DNA of 64,000 nucleotides from Callorhinchus milii (taxonomy: Eukaryota). The DNA is taken from the NCBI RefSeq assembly GCF_018977255.1, contig NW_024704742.1, positions 127,474,001 to 127,538,000 of the forward strand, read 5' to 3'. How positions within the stretch are numbered: the first letter of the stretch is position 1; each line of letters starts with the position of its first letter. The notes beneath the pieces were generated by a model. The model was not told where the DNA came from, searched no databases, and worked only from the letters and a program-made list of their open reading frames with translations. The translations under genes were made by a program, and so were the position numbers. This document shows positions 38,768-51,650 of the stretch, in pieces.

Positions 38768-40840
38768 AAACAACAACTTGCACTTAAATAGCACCCGCCA
38801 CGCAGGGTAGATTCTTAGAGCGCTTAACAGTGGTGGAGCCTGACTCCGAGCCGGGGGGAGGGGAGAGGTGGCTGAAAGCACGGTCAAGAGAAAAGTTTTC
38901 AGGTGGGACTTGAAAGAGGAGAGAGCGGGGACAAGGCGAAGGGATTGAGGGAGAGTGTTCCACAGTTTCAGGGCATAGTGGCTGAAAGTGCAACCTCCGA
39001 TGGTGGGGTGGAGGGAGCGAAACACGAGCAGGAGGCCGGTACCAGTTGGCTGTATATCACCGACATCATCAACCTGTCCCTCTCCTCTGGCTCTGTCCCC
39101 ATTCCCTTAAAAACTGCCATCATCACGCCCACCCTGAAAAAACCCTCCCTTGATGCGTCGCAGCTATCAAGCTACCGGCCCATCTCCAACCTCCCCTTTC
39201 TCTCCAAGGTCCTGGAAAGAGTTGTCGCCTCCCAACTGCGCTCTTTCCTTTCCACCCATTCTCTTTTCGAACCCCTTCAGTCAGGTTTCCGTGCTGCCCA
39301 TAGCACAGAAACTGCCCTGGTCAAGGTCACCAATGATATCCTGACCATCTGTGACCAGGGCTCCCTCTGCCTCCTCGTCCTCCTCGACCTATCGGCAGCA
39401 TTCGATACGGTCGACCACGCTATCCTACTCCACCGCTTGTCCTCCCACCTCAACCTTCAAGGCACTGTCCTTGAGTGGTTTAGGTCGTACCTTTCTCACC
39501 GTCTTCACTTTGTCTCGACGAATGGCTTCTCCTCCACCCCCCGTACTGTCTCATGTGGAGTCCCTCAGGGCTCTGTCCTCGGTCCCCTCCTCTTCACCCT
39601 CTATATGCTCCCCCTCGGTGACATCATCCGCAGACATGGAGTTAACTTCCACATGTATGCGGATGACACCCAACTCTACCTTTCCTCCTCTACTCTCAAC
39701 TCCACGACCACCGATGTCCTGACAGCTGCCTGTCCGACATCGAGTCCTGGACGAGAGACAACTTTCTTCAGCTCAACGTGCGAAAAACCGAGGCCCTCCT
39801 GATTGGCTCACGTCAGCGCCTCCGCACCTCAGGCGCTGACACCATCAGCATCCAAGGCTGCACTCTCCACCTCTCAAAGCCAGTCAGGAACCTCGGCGTT
39901 TTGTTCGACCCTGAGCTGTCCTTTCTCCCTCACATCCGCACCACAACTGGCACCGCCTTCCATCACCTCCGGAACATCGCCAGACTACGGCACTACCTCA
40001 CCCCTCACGCTGCTGAAACCCTGGTTCACGCCTGGACTATGGGAACTCTCTCCTCGCCGGCCTTCCCGGCACCTCCCTCCACAAGCTGCAGGTCATCCAG
40101 AACTCTGCAGCTCGTGTACTGTCCCGCACCAGGCTTCGGGACCACATCACTCCCACCCTCGCTCGCCTCCACTGGCTCCCCATCCCCCAGAGGATTGATT
40201 TCAAGATCCTCATCCTCACCTACAAGGCCATTCACGGCCTTGCTCCCTCCTACCTCTCCAACCTACTATCCCCCTACCTACCTGCCCGTACCCTCCGTTC
40301 CTCCGGCTCCGGTCTGCTCCACGTCCCCCGCCCCAATCGCCCTACCATCGGTGGTCGGGCCTTCAGCCTCTCAGCCCCGAGGCTCTGGAACTCTATCCCC
40401 CAGTGCCTTCGCCGCTTCCTCCCTTTCCTCCTTCAAGGCCGGTCTCAAAACCTTTCTCTTTGACCGAGCCTTCAGCTCCCCTCTCGACTCTCTTCCCCCT
40501 CCTCGCTCCCTCCCATCCCTCCCCTCACCCTGACCATTTCCCCCTCCTCGCTCCCTCCCCTCACCCTGACCATTTCCCCCTGCTCGGGTCATGACCCAAC
40601 TGTGCAGCGCCTTGGGACGTCCTCCTGACGTGAAAGGCGCTTTATAAATGGAATCTTGTTGTTGTTGTTGTTGTTGTTGAGGGGAGATGCCGGGTGGTGG
40701 ATTAGAGAGTGAGGAGGTTGGAGAGGTAGGGAGGTGCCAGAGAGTGAAGGGATTTGAACATGAGTGTGAGGATCTTGAAGTCGATCCATTCGGTGATGGG
40801 GAGCCAGTGAAGCCTGGCCAGAACTGGAGAGATGTGGACC
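38768..40840 (-). mobile_element. Older L2 3' fragment (38768-39049 and 40680-40840) split by a younger antisense L2
   Basis: The two halves join into sequence collinear with the 25440-25860 L2 copy. Confidence 0.8.
39054..40679 (+). mobile_element. Young L2 LINE, 5'-truncated, near-intact RT domain
   Basis: [52 protein letters not shown]; few frameshifts (~39727, ~40030); CpGs retained; stem-loop + (TTG)n tail. Confidence 0.95.
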
Positions 40841-41089
40841 TTATTGTCTAACAGCGAGTCTCACAAACCCTGCATCAACAAATTGCTAATCTCCTTCCTC
40901 ATGTTGTCCTTTTGTCAAGTCGCTTCTTCAGCATTGTTAATATGTAATGATGTCTTTGAATACGGAAGTTGGCTTAATTTTTCTTGACAAAGAAATGTGA
41001 GCAAGGCTTTTTGCCCTGAATGTGAAAAGTCCCTTTTATTATTGTGTAACTATGTAGTGTCATCTTTAATTTAGTAACAAGAAAAGATG

Positions 41090-41525
41090 TTACCGGAATG
41101 GGTGGATATAGCTGTCAAGAAAGATATGACAGGTTAGAGCTTTTATCTCTGGAAAAGAGACGATTGAGACCTGATAGAGGTATTTAAAATTGTGCAAGAA
41201 TTCAGTAAGTGGACTTTAATAAGCTGTTACCACTTATTGGTGAATCCGAAATAAGGGGTATCAATGTAAGATAGTCAGTAGCTGAACTAAAAGGAAATTT
41301 AGGAAGAAATTCTTTAGGCAAAGGTGGATGAGAATGTAGAACTCACTGTTGGAAGCAGAAAGCTTCAACATATTTAAAAGGAAACTTGATACATACAAGA
41401 ACTAGAAAGGAATAGAGGGGAATAGGAGGGATTCTTGTATAATAGGAGGGGTGGAGTGTCATGTGGAGTATGAACACTGGCAGGGACCAGTTGGGCTGAA
41501 TGGCTTGTTTCTATGAGTTCTATGT
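41090..41525 (+). mobile_element. CR1 LINE 3' fragment
   Basis: LEKRRL, DLIEVFKI motifs; 3' TTGGGCTGAATGGC. Confidence 0.75.
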
Positions 41526-42887
41526 GATTTTATGTTAATTGTTTATTGATATTACAAACTATATTGCATATGTTGTATAATAAAATTTAGAAGCTTTATG
41601 ACCAAGCAATAAGTCTTTATATAATAGTTTACCTGTTTTTTCTGAAGACAGTAATCGGATGTGGTACAATGTACTTATCAATGCAACAAAGCCTGGAATT
41701 ACTCCCATCTCCTTGTCTGTAAAGTTATTTAAAGCTTTCCTTTTTGGGCAGAGATCGACATCAATGGAAAAAGTTTGTTGGCAGGACGCAACCTGATCAG
41801 TCATGGCCAAGGAGTGTGAGAGGTGCATGGCACTCTGCATGCACATTCTCTAATAAAAAACAAGTTGCTCACTTCCATCAATAGATATGAGTTCCAGCCT
41901 CGTAAAATTCTCTCCCTTGGGTGGTTCAAGTCTAACTAATTTGTCAGAGGGCGACCAGCATGCCAGACTATGATTGGTTGTGACTCTTCGCATTTACTAA
42001 ATGGTGCTATTGGCAGTGGGAAGTTGGGTAGATTAGGGTTATATTGCTTAGAACACAGCAGTTAAGGGGTGATTTGATTGAGACATTTAAAATAAAAGGA
42101 ATTGATAGTAGACGACTCATGCCCACATTACAAGGCGACATAGCATTGAAATCAGAACTAAAACAGAACTAAATAAATAATCCTTGCATTTGATTCGGTG
42201 ACTTATACCATCATTGAAATATCTTCCAGGGTTTCATAGGATTTTACTGTAAAGTGTCTTTGTATTTAGAGCAAACTGAGGATAGGAGCATTTCTTTACC
42301 CAGACGGTTGTAATAATAATAATAAACCTTGCATTTGATATAGCGCTTTTCGTGTTGTGAAGTTATCAAATGTTCTGCTTAGAAAGCTGTAGAAATGGAA
42401 TTAATAGGGATGTTTAAAGAAGAGATAGACAAATTGTTGAGTCGTTGCGGTATTAAGGAGTATGGTGAAAGGGTGAGGCATGGTAATTAAATATCTGATG
42501 AGATCTATTAACCAATTAAAAAGGTGTGATGGGCTAAATGACCTTTTCCTAATCCTGTTTTCATATGTTCCGAAGATAAAATAATTCAAGCTTAAGGTTG
42601 TAGTGATGTAGTGAATATATATCTATATATATATATATATCTAAATATAACATTTTCCAGAAACTGAGGAGAAATCTACAGTTTATTAATACTTCGAAAG
42701 CAAACGTTTTTTCAGGTTTGTTCCTATTCGGTTTCAATGAAAAATGTCAGAGCTAAAATAGGTCAAAAAAAAAAACGTGTTACCCGGAACTTCAGAAACA
42801 TCTTGTGACATTTCCTAACTGCTGACGTATGTGGAAATATGCATCTGCTGGGTCTGCTCACCAGTCACCTGGCGGACAGCCTGAACA

Positions 42888-42901
42888 GTTGTCATGGTGA
42901 C
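42888..42901. promoter_or_regulatory. RFX X-box-like motif GTTGTCATGGTGAC
   Basis: Close to the GTTGCCATGGCAAC palindromic consensus; lies in a locally CpG-retaining region. Confidence 0.4.
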
Positions 42902-45900
42902 CATCTGGATCTCCTTTCGTAGGAGCGTGTTTAAATTTCTAACATCCAGGACCAAACCAAACTCTATTTTCTTGGAGGGAGACACTCATTTTATAACGCA
43001 CTCGTTTTATAACTGCAAGCCGTGTTAGGCAATTGTGAAGGTATTCTTTCAGGTCTTCCATTCTTGTTCTTGAAACAATTTACGTTTTAACTCTTAGACG
43101 AGGGCAAATCTTCAGGGTCCACCCTTCCTGGTTTGTCAATTTTCTAAGTTCGCCAAGATGCTGAAGAAAATATGAATAATAACGCTAATCAGACATCTGG
43201 CTTAGCATTTGTGCAATATTAATCTCATGCAACTGAGAAAACATTCAAAGCGTATTGGGATTTATTTATTGAAATATATTTTCATTAATATAATTCTGCT
43301 TCCTCTGCTTCCACATAAGTCTACTTCCTATATCGTTTGGTATAATTATTTAAATTTTATTTGGCCTTTTACCTGGTTTTAATATTTTAAAAATAATTTG
43401 CTTACCTATTTTGCTTTGCCTTCCTGCTGTTTGTAGTCTCAATTTTAACCATCACCACCACCAACAACTTGCATTTATATAGCGCCCTTCACTCAGGATA
43501 GCGTTCCGGAACGCTTCCATGTAATAATCTTTAACGCGCCATAACCTGGCTTCAAAGGCAAAATGTAAGCTTATCAATAGACTAAAAACTACAATTTGTC
43601 TACTCCTGACATTGGTGAATTGGAGGAAAACATTAGTTTAAAATTGGATCAGAATCCAGAATCAGCCTAAACTGCTAATGAATAATGTGTCATTGGTGTG
43701 AGGGTCAGAGCGACCCTGAATCCTATTATTCCATTGATGACACTCAAGGGGTTAAAAGTGTGGTATGAAATGAACACACCTTGGTTTATAACATTTTGGT
43801 ATGCAGAAGTGATCCGGTTATCCTCACTTGTTAAATATTTATTTTCACTGTTACATCTGTGCCATAAATTCACTTTTTAGAAACTGATCCTGAGAATTTC
43901 TTGATTATCTTTGTGATTGAATGTGTACATTGTGGATTCATTAATGATGCATCCCAAGGAGGCAGTTACAAGCAATGCTGTAAGCATAAATATGTGGTCG
44001 AGCTGTTGGCGTTGTACTCTTCATTTCTTTACGTAAAGTTACGCTCGTGCTGCTGGAAATAGAGATGTCTCATCGCCAGCCAAATAGCGATGAAAGCTTT
44101 GAACGGAACTTAGAGTGACCAGTGCGAATGCGTAATTCGCACTGACATGTTTATTCTGTGTGGGTGTAAATTACATTGCTCCTGAAAACAAATAATTTTG
44201 GCAGCTCTGAATGACTAATATGGTCGTCAACACTGTTTGTACTCTACATTTGATGGTGATTGGCTGCCCCAATCTCTGTGATTTATAACACAAACATGTG
44301 GTATAAATGCTGCTCTTTCACCTGTGGGACCCCAGTGTAAATTCAGCCCTCAATTGGAAGAATAAAACTTCCTTTTTCTCTGTTTTTTGGGGTCCAATTT
44401 GAAAAGAATTTGGACAACTTCATTTTAGTTCTGTGTAGTCTTGCAAGACAAATAGTTTAGTTCATTCTAAGAGACTGGTATGGGAAGGGGAAGGATTCAT
44501 GATAGTGCAGTCAAGTTCTCTTCTAAAATGGAGTTTAAGAATGTTATTGTGGCAGAGTAGAGAAAGGTTTAGTTTGCATCTGACCATACTATATGTGATC
44601 TTGTGTGCAAAGTAGAAAAGAATTACCTCCTCCAGAAAATCACATGCATTAATCCTAGGGGATTTCTGTATCTCAGGAATAAGTTGACACACCACACCAC
44701 GGCTAGAAGAGAAGGATGAATGAACAAGCAATGTCATAAAGATTATGAGGATTTGGCGATAGATGAATATTGGAAGAATTGCATGATTGATTTTAGGGTT
44801 CAAGCAATTTTGTGCAATGATAGGACATGGAGTGGTGCAAGAGTGGATCACTGATTGAGTGGGTTTTCATGGACTATGGAAGGGATGTGTTTACTCGATT
44901 TTATGAGTAGAAACATTAACCAAAACATATATTTCTTGAAAAAACCTTGGAGTGAGCATATGTCTTCCCTCAAAAGGACTGAGTGCTACTGAATGGAGAT
45001 TGGTCAGATTTTTAACCTTCTGAGTCCAGATTCACACAGATTAAGTAACTAGACAGCATTAAAATATGCCCAAATAAGAAAAAGCAACTAGGCAAAACTC
45101 TCTTTTCACTTTGGAAACTTGGTTCAAATCTAGCTCACACCGATGGGCTGAAAGTTTTTTCTCTATATCGTAAGAGTCATTCATAAAATATGTTTTGACA
45201 ATTAAGTGTTCTGAGATACCGTGTGAAGGGTGCTATATAAATGCAAGTTGTGGTAACAATCTCATTTTGTGCTCTTGTGACCCAAATATTTTGTCAGGAT
45301 TTCAGCAATAGTTGCACTGATTATATCTGCTGAAGTTCTCCTGATTAACCTTGTTCCAGGTGTTAATTTGATGATTGCAGTAATCCCTTTAGCGCGAATG
45401 TTTAATTTGTTAGCCAAATCCCCATGTACCTCTTCATTCATACAGGTTTCCCATAGTGTGCTTTGTTCAGTTCATAATGATTTCTGATAATAATAATAAT
45501 TATCCTTGCATTTGATACAGCGCTTTTCATGTCTTCCAGACATTTCAAAGCACTTCACAGAATATATTGTAAAGTGAACAGACTGTATATTTGTGGGAGA
45601 TACATTCTATTGTACATTTATAACTGTGTGGTTTTAACCTTTGTACACTGTTTTTTTTCTTCTTTCATGCTTACATATTTGTATTTATTCAGTTTCATGA
45701 GTTCAAAAATATATATTTTTTACAAGGCCTGAGATTGAAGATGTGTTCCCTCACAGAAGGATTGAGTACCTTTGAATAATGATGTAATAATAACCCTTGC
45801 ATTTGATATAGCGATGTTGTATCATGTCTTATCATTGAGATTTGTCAAAACGCTTCACAACATTTAATGTATAGGTATACAGATATTGATGTTGATTTTC

Positions 45901-47884
45901 TTTTAATTATTGTCACAAGCAGACGCACTCCCTTGAACAAGACAGTAAATTTGTCAATATTTAGAAATATCCAACATATTAGCTTTCATTGCTTGTGAAT
46001 GTGTATTATGAGATATTACTAACAAATCTTGGAAGCATTTGATTATTTTAAAATGTCTATTAATAATAATATAATAATAAAAATAATTAGCTAATATATT
46101 ATTGAAAATGAAAGACCCCTGATGGTCAAGTGGGAATCACATAATGGGGAATTGATACAGATTAGGAAAAGCCTACGTTTTATTCTTGTTTTTTGTTCAG
46201 TTAATCTTTGGTGAGACAGTTGCTGAGGTATTGCAATTGCCTCAACACCCCCGATTTAACGAGAAGGAAAACAAATGATCAGGCTGTTACTCTTAATCTT
46301 TCCTTATAGGAGGAATATGCAGAACTCCGGTGAGGATAATAATAATAATATCAAACACATCTTTAATGGACCTCAATCCACTGTTAAGTCACCATTTAGG
46401 ATTTTACTTGACGTATAGCTTGTGCTATCATAAGAAGACAAACATGAACGACAATATTGCAAGAGAAAAACATTTAAAAATGAGAAAATGTGTAAACTAA
46501 TTTAGTGTAATATTTCCCCTGTACAATTTCTACAGTAGTACCTAAATTTTGTTGATATTCATGGTCATTTTTAGGTAGGAGTAACATAGTCGGACAGTTA
46601 TAAAAAAAGTGAGAGGTAAAGCACAGCTAGGAGTAAAGCACAGGGATTGACTTAATGAAAAACTATGTAGGACGGGGCACAAGAAAGCATTTAATAGAAC
46701 AAAAAAGTGGTGTAAAGGTTGAAACAAATGTCTGGTAAATAAGGAATTCTATCAAAATTCCAGCCTTCTGCATTGACCCAGGGTTTTGTTGCATATTGCT
46801 TTAATGACTTAATTGGCAATTGGACAGTGACAATGAGAAGCAAGCGTAAAAGGATTCTGGGAACGTGACTGGGTAGATTGTGGAAATGTAAGGTTTAAAT
46901 AAAAGAGCTAGTGAATTTAAACTGTGTTTTGGATTTACAAACATTACAGTTTTAACTATTTGGTAACAAAATTGATTGTGGAGAAAACAAATGTTTTATT
47001 TTACATTGGGACAGATCAGATGTAGTGTAACTGTCTTTTAGCATGTCTATTTCTATATAAATGGGTACAATATTTTGTTGCTTTTTTCAGAATCTTTTAA
47101 TGAAACAGTAAATAAAGATAATAAAAATTACAACAACTATGAATTTAAAATTACAAATTACCACAGCAACTTATATTTATATAGGATCCCTCATGTGGGG
47201 TAGTTTCCCAGAACACTAGTTTAGCTCCTCTGACATTGAAAACGTCTCAAAGTGTTTAACAGTGTTTCTATAAAATGTAGTTATTGTGTGTTAGTTGATT
47301 ACATTTTGAAGGCAGCTGACCCTATGTGACGAAACTGCTGATAACCACTATAAAGTTACCTGACCTATTTAATATTGCACAAAATGTTCCTGTCCTGTTT
47401 GCTTTTTCTGCAAAAAAAAAGCATGGAGGTATCAAATTGTTTTGAACTATAACCTATTTTTCAACCTTTTATGTTGTAATCATGCTAGAAAATGTAGCAA
47501 TTTTCCATGATTTAACAAGATTAATTTTTCAGAATTGCACAATCCCTTTAGTCCCAATTACCATTGTCTAGATTTTTTTTAATAATCTCCCACAGAGCAG
47601 GCCACATGAAAGGATGTGTTTCTTTAGATACTGGCAGCTGTGCTAGATTGACTAAGACATTGGTGGAGATAAGGATACAATTTTAATCTGTCATTACACC
47701 CACACAGCATCCGTTCTCAGTGTGTGGACGTATGACTGGAAATGATAAACAACTATTGCAGGAAGGGAAATGCCAACAGTCCCAAGGATTGTCATAGCAT
47801 ACACTTGTCCAGCACTCTCTAGAGTCGCTGTATGAATAAAAATGAACAGTGAGACATTATTTGATTTACGAAAGCTCAATAGCT

Positions 47885-48167
47885 TTCTCTTTGACCGAGC
47901 CTTCAGCTCCCCTCTCGACTCTCTTCCCCCTCCTCGCTCCCTCCCTTCCCTCCCCTCACCCTGACCATTTCCCCCCTCCTCGCTCCCTCCCTTCCCTCCC
48001 CTCACCCTGACCATTTCCCCCCTCCTCGCTCCCTCCCTTCCCTCCCCTCACCCTGACCATTTCCCCCCTTCTCGGGTCATGACCCAACTGTGCAGCGCCT
48101 TGGGACGTCCTCCTGACGTGAAAGGCGCTTTATAAATGGAATCTTGTTGTTGTTGTTGTTGTTGTTG
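47885..48167 (+). mobile_element. Young L2 3'-UTR-only insertion, possible TAGCT TSD
   Basis: Nearly identical to 40453-40679, with three 46-bp units; TAGCT at 47880 and 48168. Confidence 0.9.
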
Positions 48168-50225
48168 TAGCTACAGGAAATGGTAACATTACATTTTATA
48201 CGTGGGTAAATTTTGCATTGTGTTAATCAACACATATAATATTAATTTAACAATCCCTGTCTAGAATGTCAAAACAATTCAAAGCATTTCACAGAAAAGT
48301 ATTGACAATTATAGTGACTCTGTATTTGTAAGCAAACATGACAACCAATTTGAGCACAGCAAGATAACACCTATGTGCTAACTAGCACATATTAGTGAAT
48401 TTAGCAATTTACATTGACTGGTGTTCAGATGTCTCAGGTAGACACCACATCAAATCCTTTTCAATGTCACAGTCCCAGAAGCTGGTTGTGGGCTGTATAT
48501 TGGGACTTCCTGATTGTAGCATTGGACTGCTGATTTGTGGGATACTGGCTTAACTCAGCAAAATAAATTAATATAAAACAGGTATCCTAGTAACCTACAG
48601 GCTAGTGCCATAGTCTGAACAGGATATGTAGATACTCAGACATAGCTGGATGTTGCTGGCTTCTCCAACTCACCAAACCAGTTGATGTGCTAATTATCAT
48701 AAGGTTGGTAAACTTAATGCTGGCCAGGTTTTCCCTTTTTCCACCCTCAATAAAACCCATAGCAATCCTGAATCCCCCAAAAAGTTGTTTGTGGCTGTCG
48801 TTTGTTGCGGAGTTCTGGTGCCTTTATGCTGTTACTCAGGTCCAGGAAACATTCTACTTTTGCACTGCTGACTGATGATATCCAGGTGCAGCCCATTTTC
48901 TCTCAGTCGTACGAGTAGGCAGGATGGATCAAATGGCCTCCTTCTATGCCTTAAAAAACATTCCAATAGTAATACTTCTTGCTCCCTATGTCAGTCTTTC
49001 CCATCCCACGCCCAGTATCAGCTTTGCTGCTGGGTTCCAAGCACCTGATACCAGGGCTGAGGGCTACTTTGGGATAGGTTTCACATTGACCCTGAAATTC
49101 CACTTAATCCTAGCATGTATGTCTGCTTTGTCTTAAATTTAAGGCTGTGCAGGATGGTAAAAATGTCTTAAAGTCGCTCCATTTTCAGCAGTTCTTAAAA
49201 CAAACCTATTTGCAAATTGAAATTGAATTAAACAATATTCCACAATGAGTTAAAGATAACCATAATGCATAACTGCACAATGACTAACATACCAATTAAA
49301 TCAACAATTAAGCATCAGATGTGACAAAATGGAGCCCACATGCAATCTTTTCTTTTAAATCCCAATATGATCCTCATGCACTGTGTCACATGGCTTAAAT
49401 TCCATTGGCTCACATTGATTAAGTTTGTCACATTGCTGAGTTAAAGCAATGCCTCGTGAGAGTGCAGTGTTAGTTTTAGCACTGAGATTCTTACAGAGCC
49501 AGAGAGGGAGAGCGCGAGAGAACAGAAGAATAGGAAGAATTTAGAATATAAGCATTTATCTTTGGGAGGAATTTATAGGCAAAGAACCAAATTTTTGGCT
49601 TTGACAGAAGAGCAATGTCTGTACTGTTTTTGTCTCAGCAGTGGTATGCTCGTTGACACTTGTTGCACACAATCCTGACATCATGTTTTTTGATTGCCAC
49701 TATATCTGTGAATGTCAGAACTGGACTGGTTTCCATGGGAGAGTCCTTTTATTCTTCCAGGCTCCAACTGCATTCACGTAGTCACAGTGAGAGGTAAATA
49801 TGTGACATGGACAACCCAGGGAGATGATGGGAGCAAAATGTGTCATCAAATTGAACAGGGAATTAGAAAGCTATTTGGTGAAGGATTTGATTGAGTAATA
49901 TGAGAAATACATTAGTGTAGAATGTTTTTATTTCCCCTACTCTTTCTCTGAAACCTTTAATGTTATTTTTTCTCATATTTGAGTGCCTGAATCTGAGGTG
50001 ATGTGTCTAGCAAAGCCAGATTGCTCCAAAGTAATTGAAGGCATTGTTGATGCTTGAACAGTTTATCTGAGACATCTTGCAGTCGGGGAGAGAATTATGA
50101 GGGCTTTTTATACATTCAGTGAGTGCAAATTGAATTATACATGAGTGAGTCAGATGAGTTTCTGAGTTGAACTTATTGGGTAACTGAACCATACCTCAAA
50201 AAGTACAGTAAGTGCATTTACTGGC

Positions 50226-50524
50226 ATCCTGTAGCTCAGTGGTTAGAGTACTCACCTCACAAGTGACAGACCTGGGTTCAACTCCCAGCAGGGCGAAACC
50301 TTGGGCAAATTTCCTTGCTCCACATGCCTGATAATAATCCTTCAAGAAAAAAAGCAATAATAATTTGGTTACTCAATCCATGACTGTTGCTGTGCACAAT
50401 TGGTTGCAGCGTTTTGCTCACAAATATACAGTCAATTAACTTTATAGTATATTCTGTGAAGTGCTATGAGATGTCTAGAAGATGTGAAAAGCGCTATACC
50501 AAATGCAAGGACTATTATTATTAT
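50226..50524 (+). mobile_element. tRNA-derived SINE, older subfamily
   Basis: A/B boxes, core and tail present; more diverged. Confidence 0.85.
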
Positions 50525-51328
50525 CTGACTCATCAATGAATCTTGGAGTTGCAGACATGCCCTCTCAATGCTCTGATCCAAAGCCCTAATAAGAAGAAGC
50601 AACCCTATCTTGATAAATACTAGCACAAAGTTTACCACTGTGTCATATTGTAAACTGCACGGCTACTGTTATATAAGAAAACAAGAATTTGCTAGGCAAA
50701 AGAAGACCAAGGTCATCTAGTTTGCCTTCCACCATCCTGGCAGTAGCTTGACATGTGATGTCCCAAACTATTAATTCTATTTGTCATGCTCCTGATTTTT
50801 AGTTTCATGCTTAGCACTTGTAGCTCCATCTATCTGTTACACATTCTCATTATCACATTACAAGGAGAAAAGGTCTCACAAAGACAAAGGGATTGTTTTG
50901 AAAATCTGGCCTTTCTACAATCCATCATCATCTGATCTGAGCACCAAGACATAATAATAATGCCATTCCAATGAACATCTCTGGAATTTTGATGTATAGG
51001 TAGTTTGGTTTGGATACTCTTAAACATGGTGTTGGATTTGGATTGTGTCAGACACCCGGCTGACAGCACTACCTTCCCGATGTAAAAAATCCCCAGATGT
51101 CTTTGCTCCTCTACTCCAATCCTCTACATACAGGCTATAGACGACTTGTTTTTTCTACCACAGTGAATTACTTTGCATTTTCCTATGTTAAACCTCATTC
51201 GCTATCTGTCTACTCAATTTGCTAGTCTGTTTATGTCTTCCTGCTATTCCTACTATTTATCACATATACCAGTTTGGTGTTATCTAGTTTGTCGGATTAG
51301 TGGCTGGGACCTTGGGTGAAACTCTAAC

Positions 51329-51650
51329 GTGGAGTCCTGTAGCTCAGTGGTTAGAGCACTTGCTTTGCGAGCGAGAGACCTGAGTTCAATTCCAGGCCGG
51401 GCGAAACCTTGGGCAAGTTTCCTTACTCCACACGCCTAATGATAATCCCTCCAAAAAACCAAAAATAATAATAAAAATTGGTCATTTTCAATCTACGACT
51501 GTTTGTGGGACATTGCTGTGCGCAATTGGCTGCCGCCTTCGCCCACAAATATACAGTCAATTCACTTTACAGTGTGTTCTGTGAAGCGCTTTGGGACATC
51601 CTCCCGACGTGAAAAGCGCTATATCAAATGCAAGGATTATTATTATTATT
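51329..51650 (+). mobile_element. tRNA-derived SINE, full length
   Basis: GTGGAGTCCTGTAGCTCAGTGGTTAGAGC...GTTCAATTCC head, Deu-like core, AGCGCTTT...AAAGCGCT stem-loop, (TTA)n. Confidence 0.93.

Noticed and set aside
38903..39802. 299-aa reverse-transcriptase ORF as a host gene or novel RT system
   Set aside because: 5'-truncated, frameshifted L2 ORF2 with a standard L2 tail.
41752..41823. Possible plus-strand exon upstream of the ankyrin exon
   Set aside because: Weak donor and no frame resembling TRPN1.
49761..49793. Possible plus-strand 33-nt micro-exon (ttcttccag ... GAG|GTAAAT)
   Set aside because: Good splice signals but no homology or partner exon; could arise by chance.
51329..51400. 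tRNA-Ala(TGC)-like genes at SINE heads
   Set aside because: D, anticodon and T arms are present, but there is no acceptor-stem 3' strand or terminator; the sequence continues into the SINE body in many copies.
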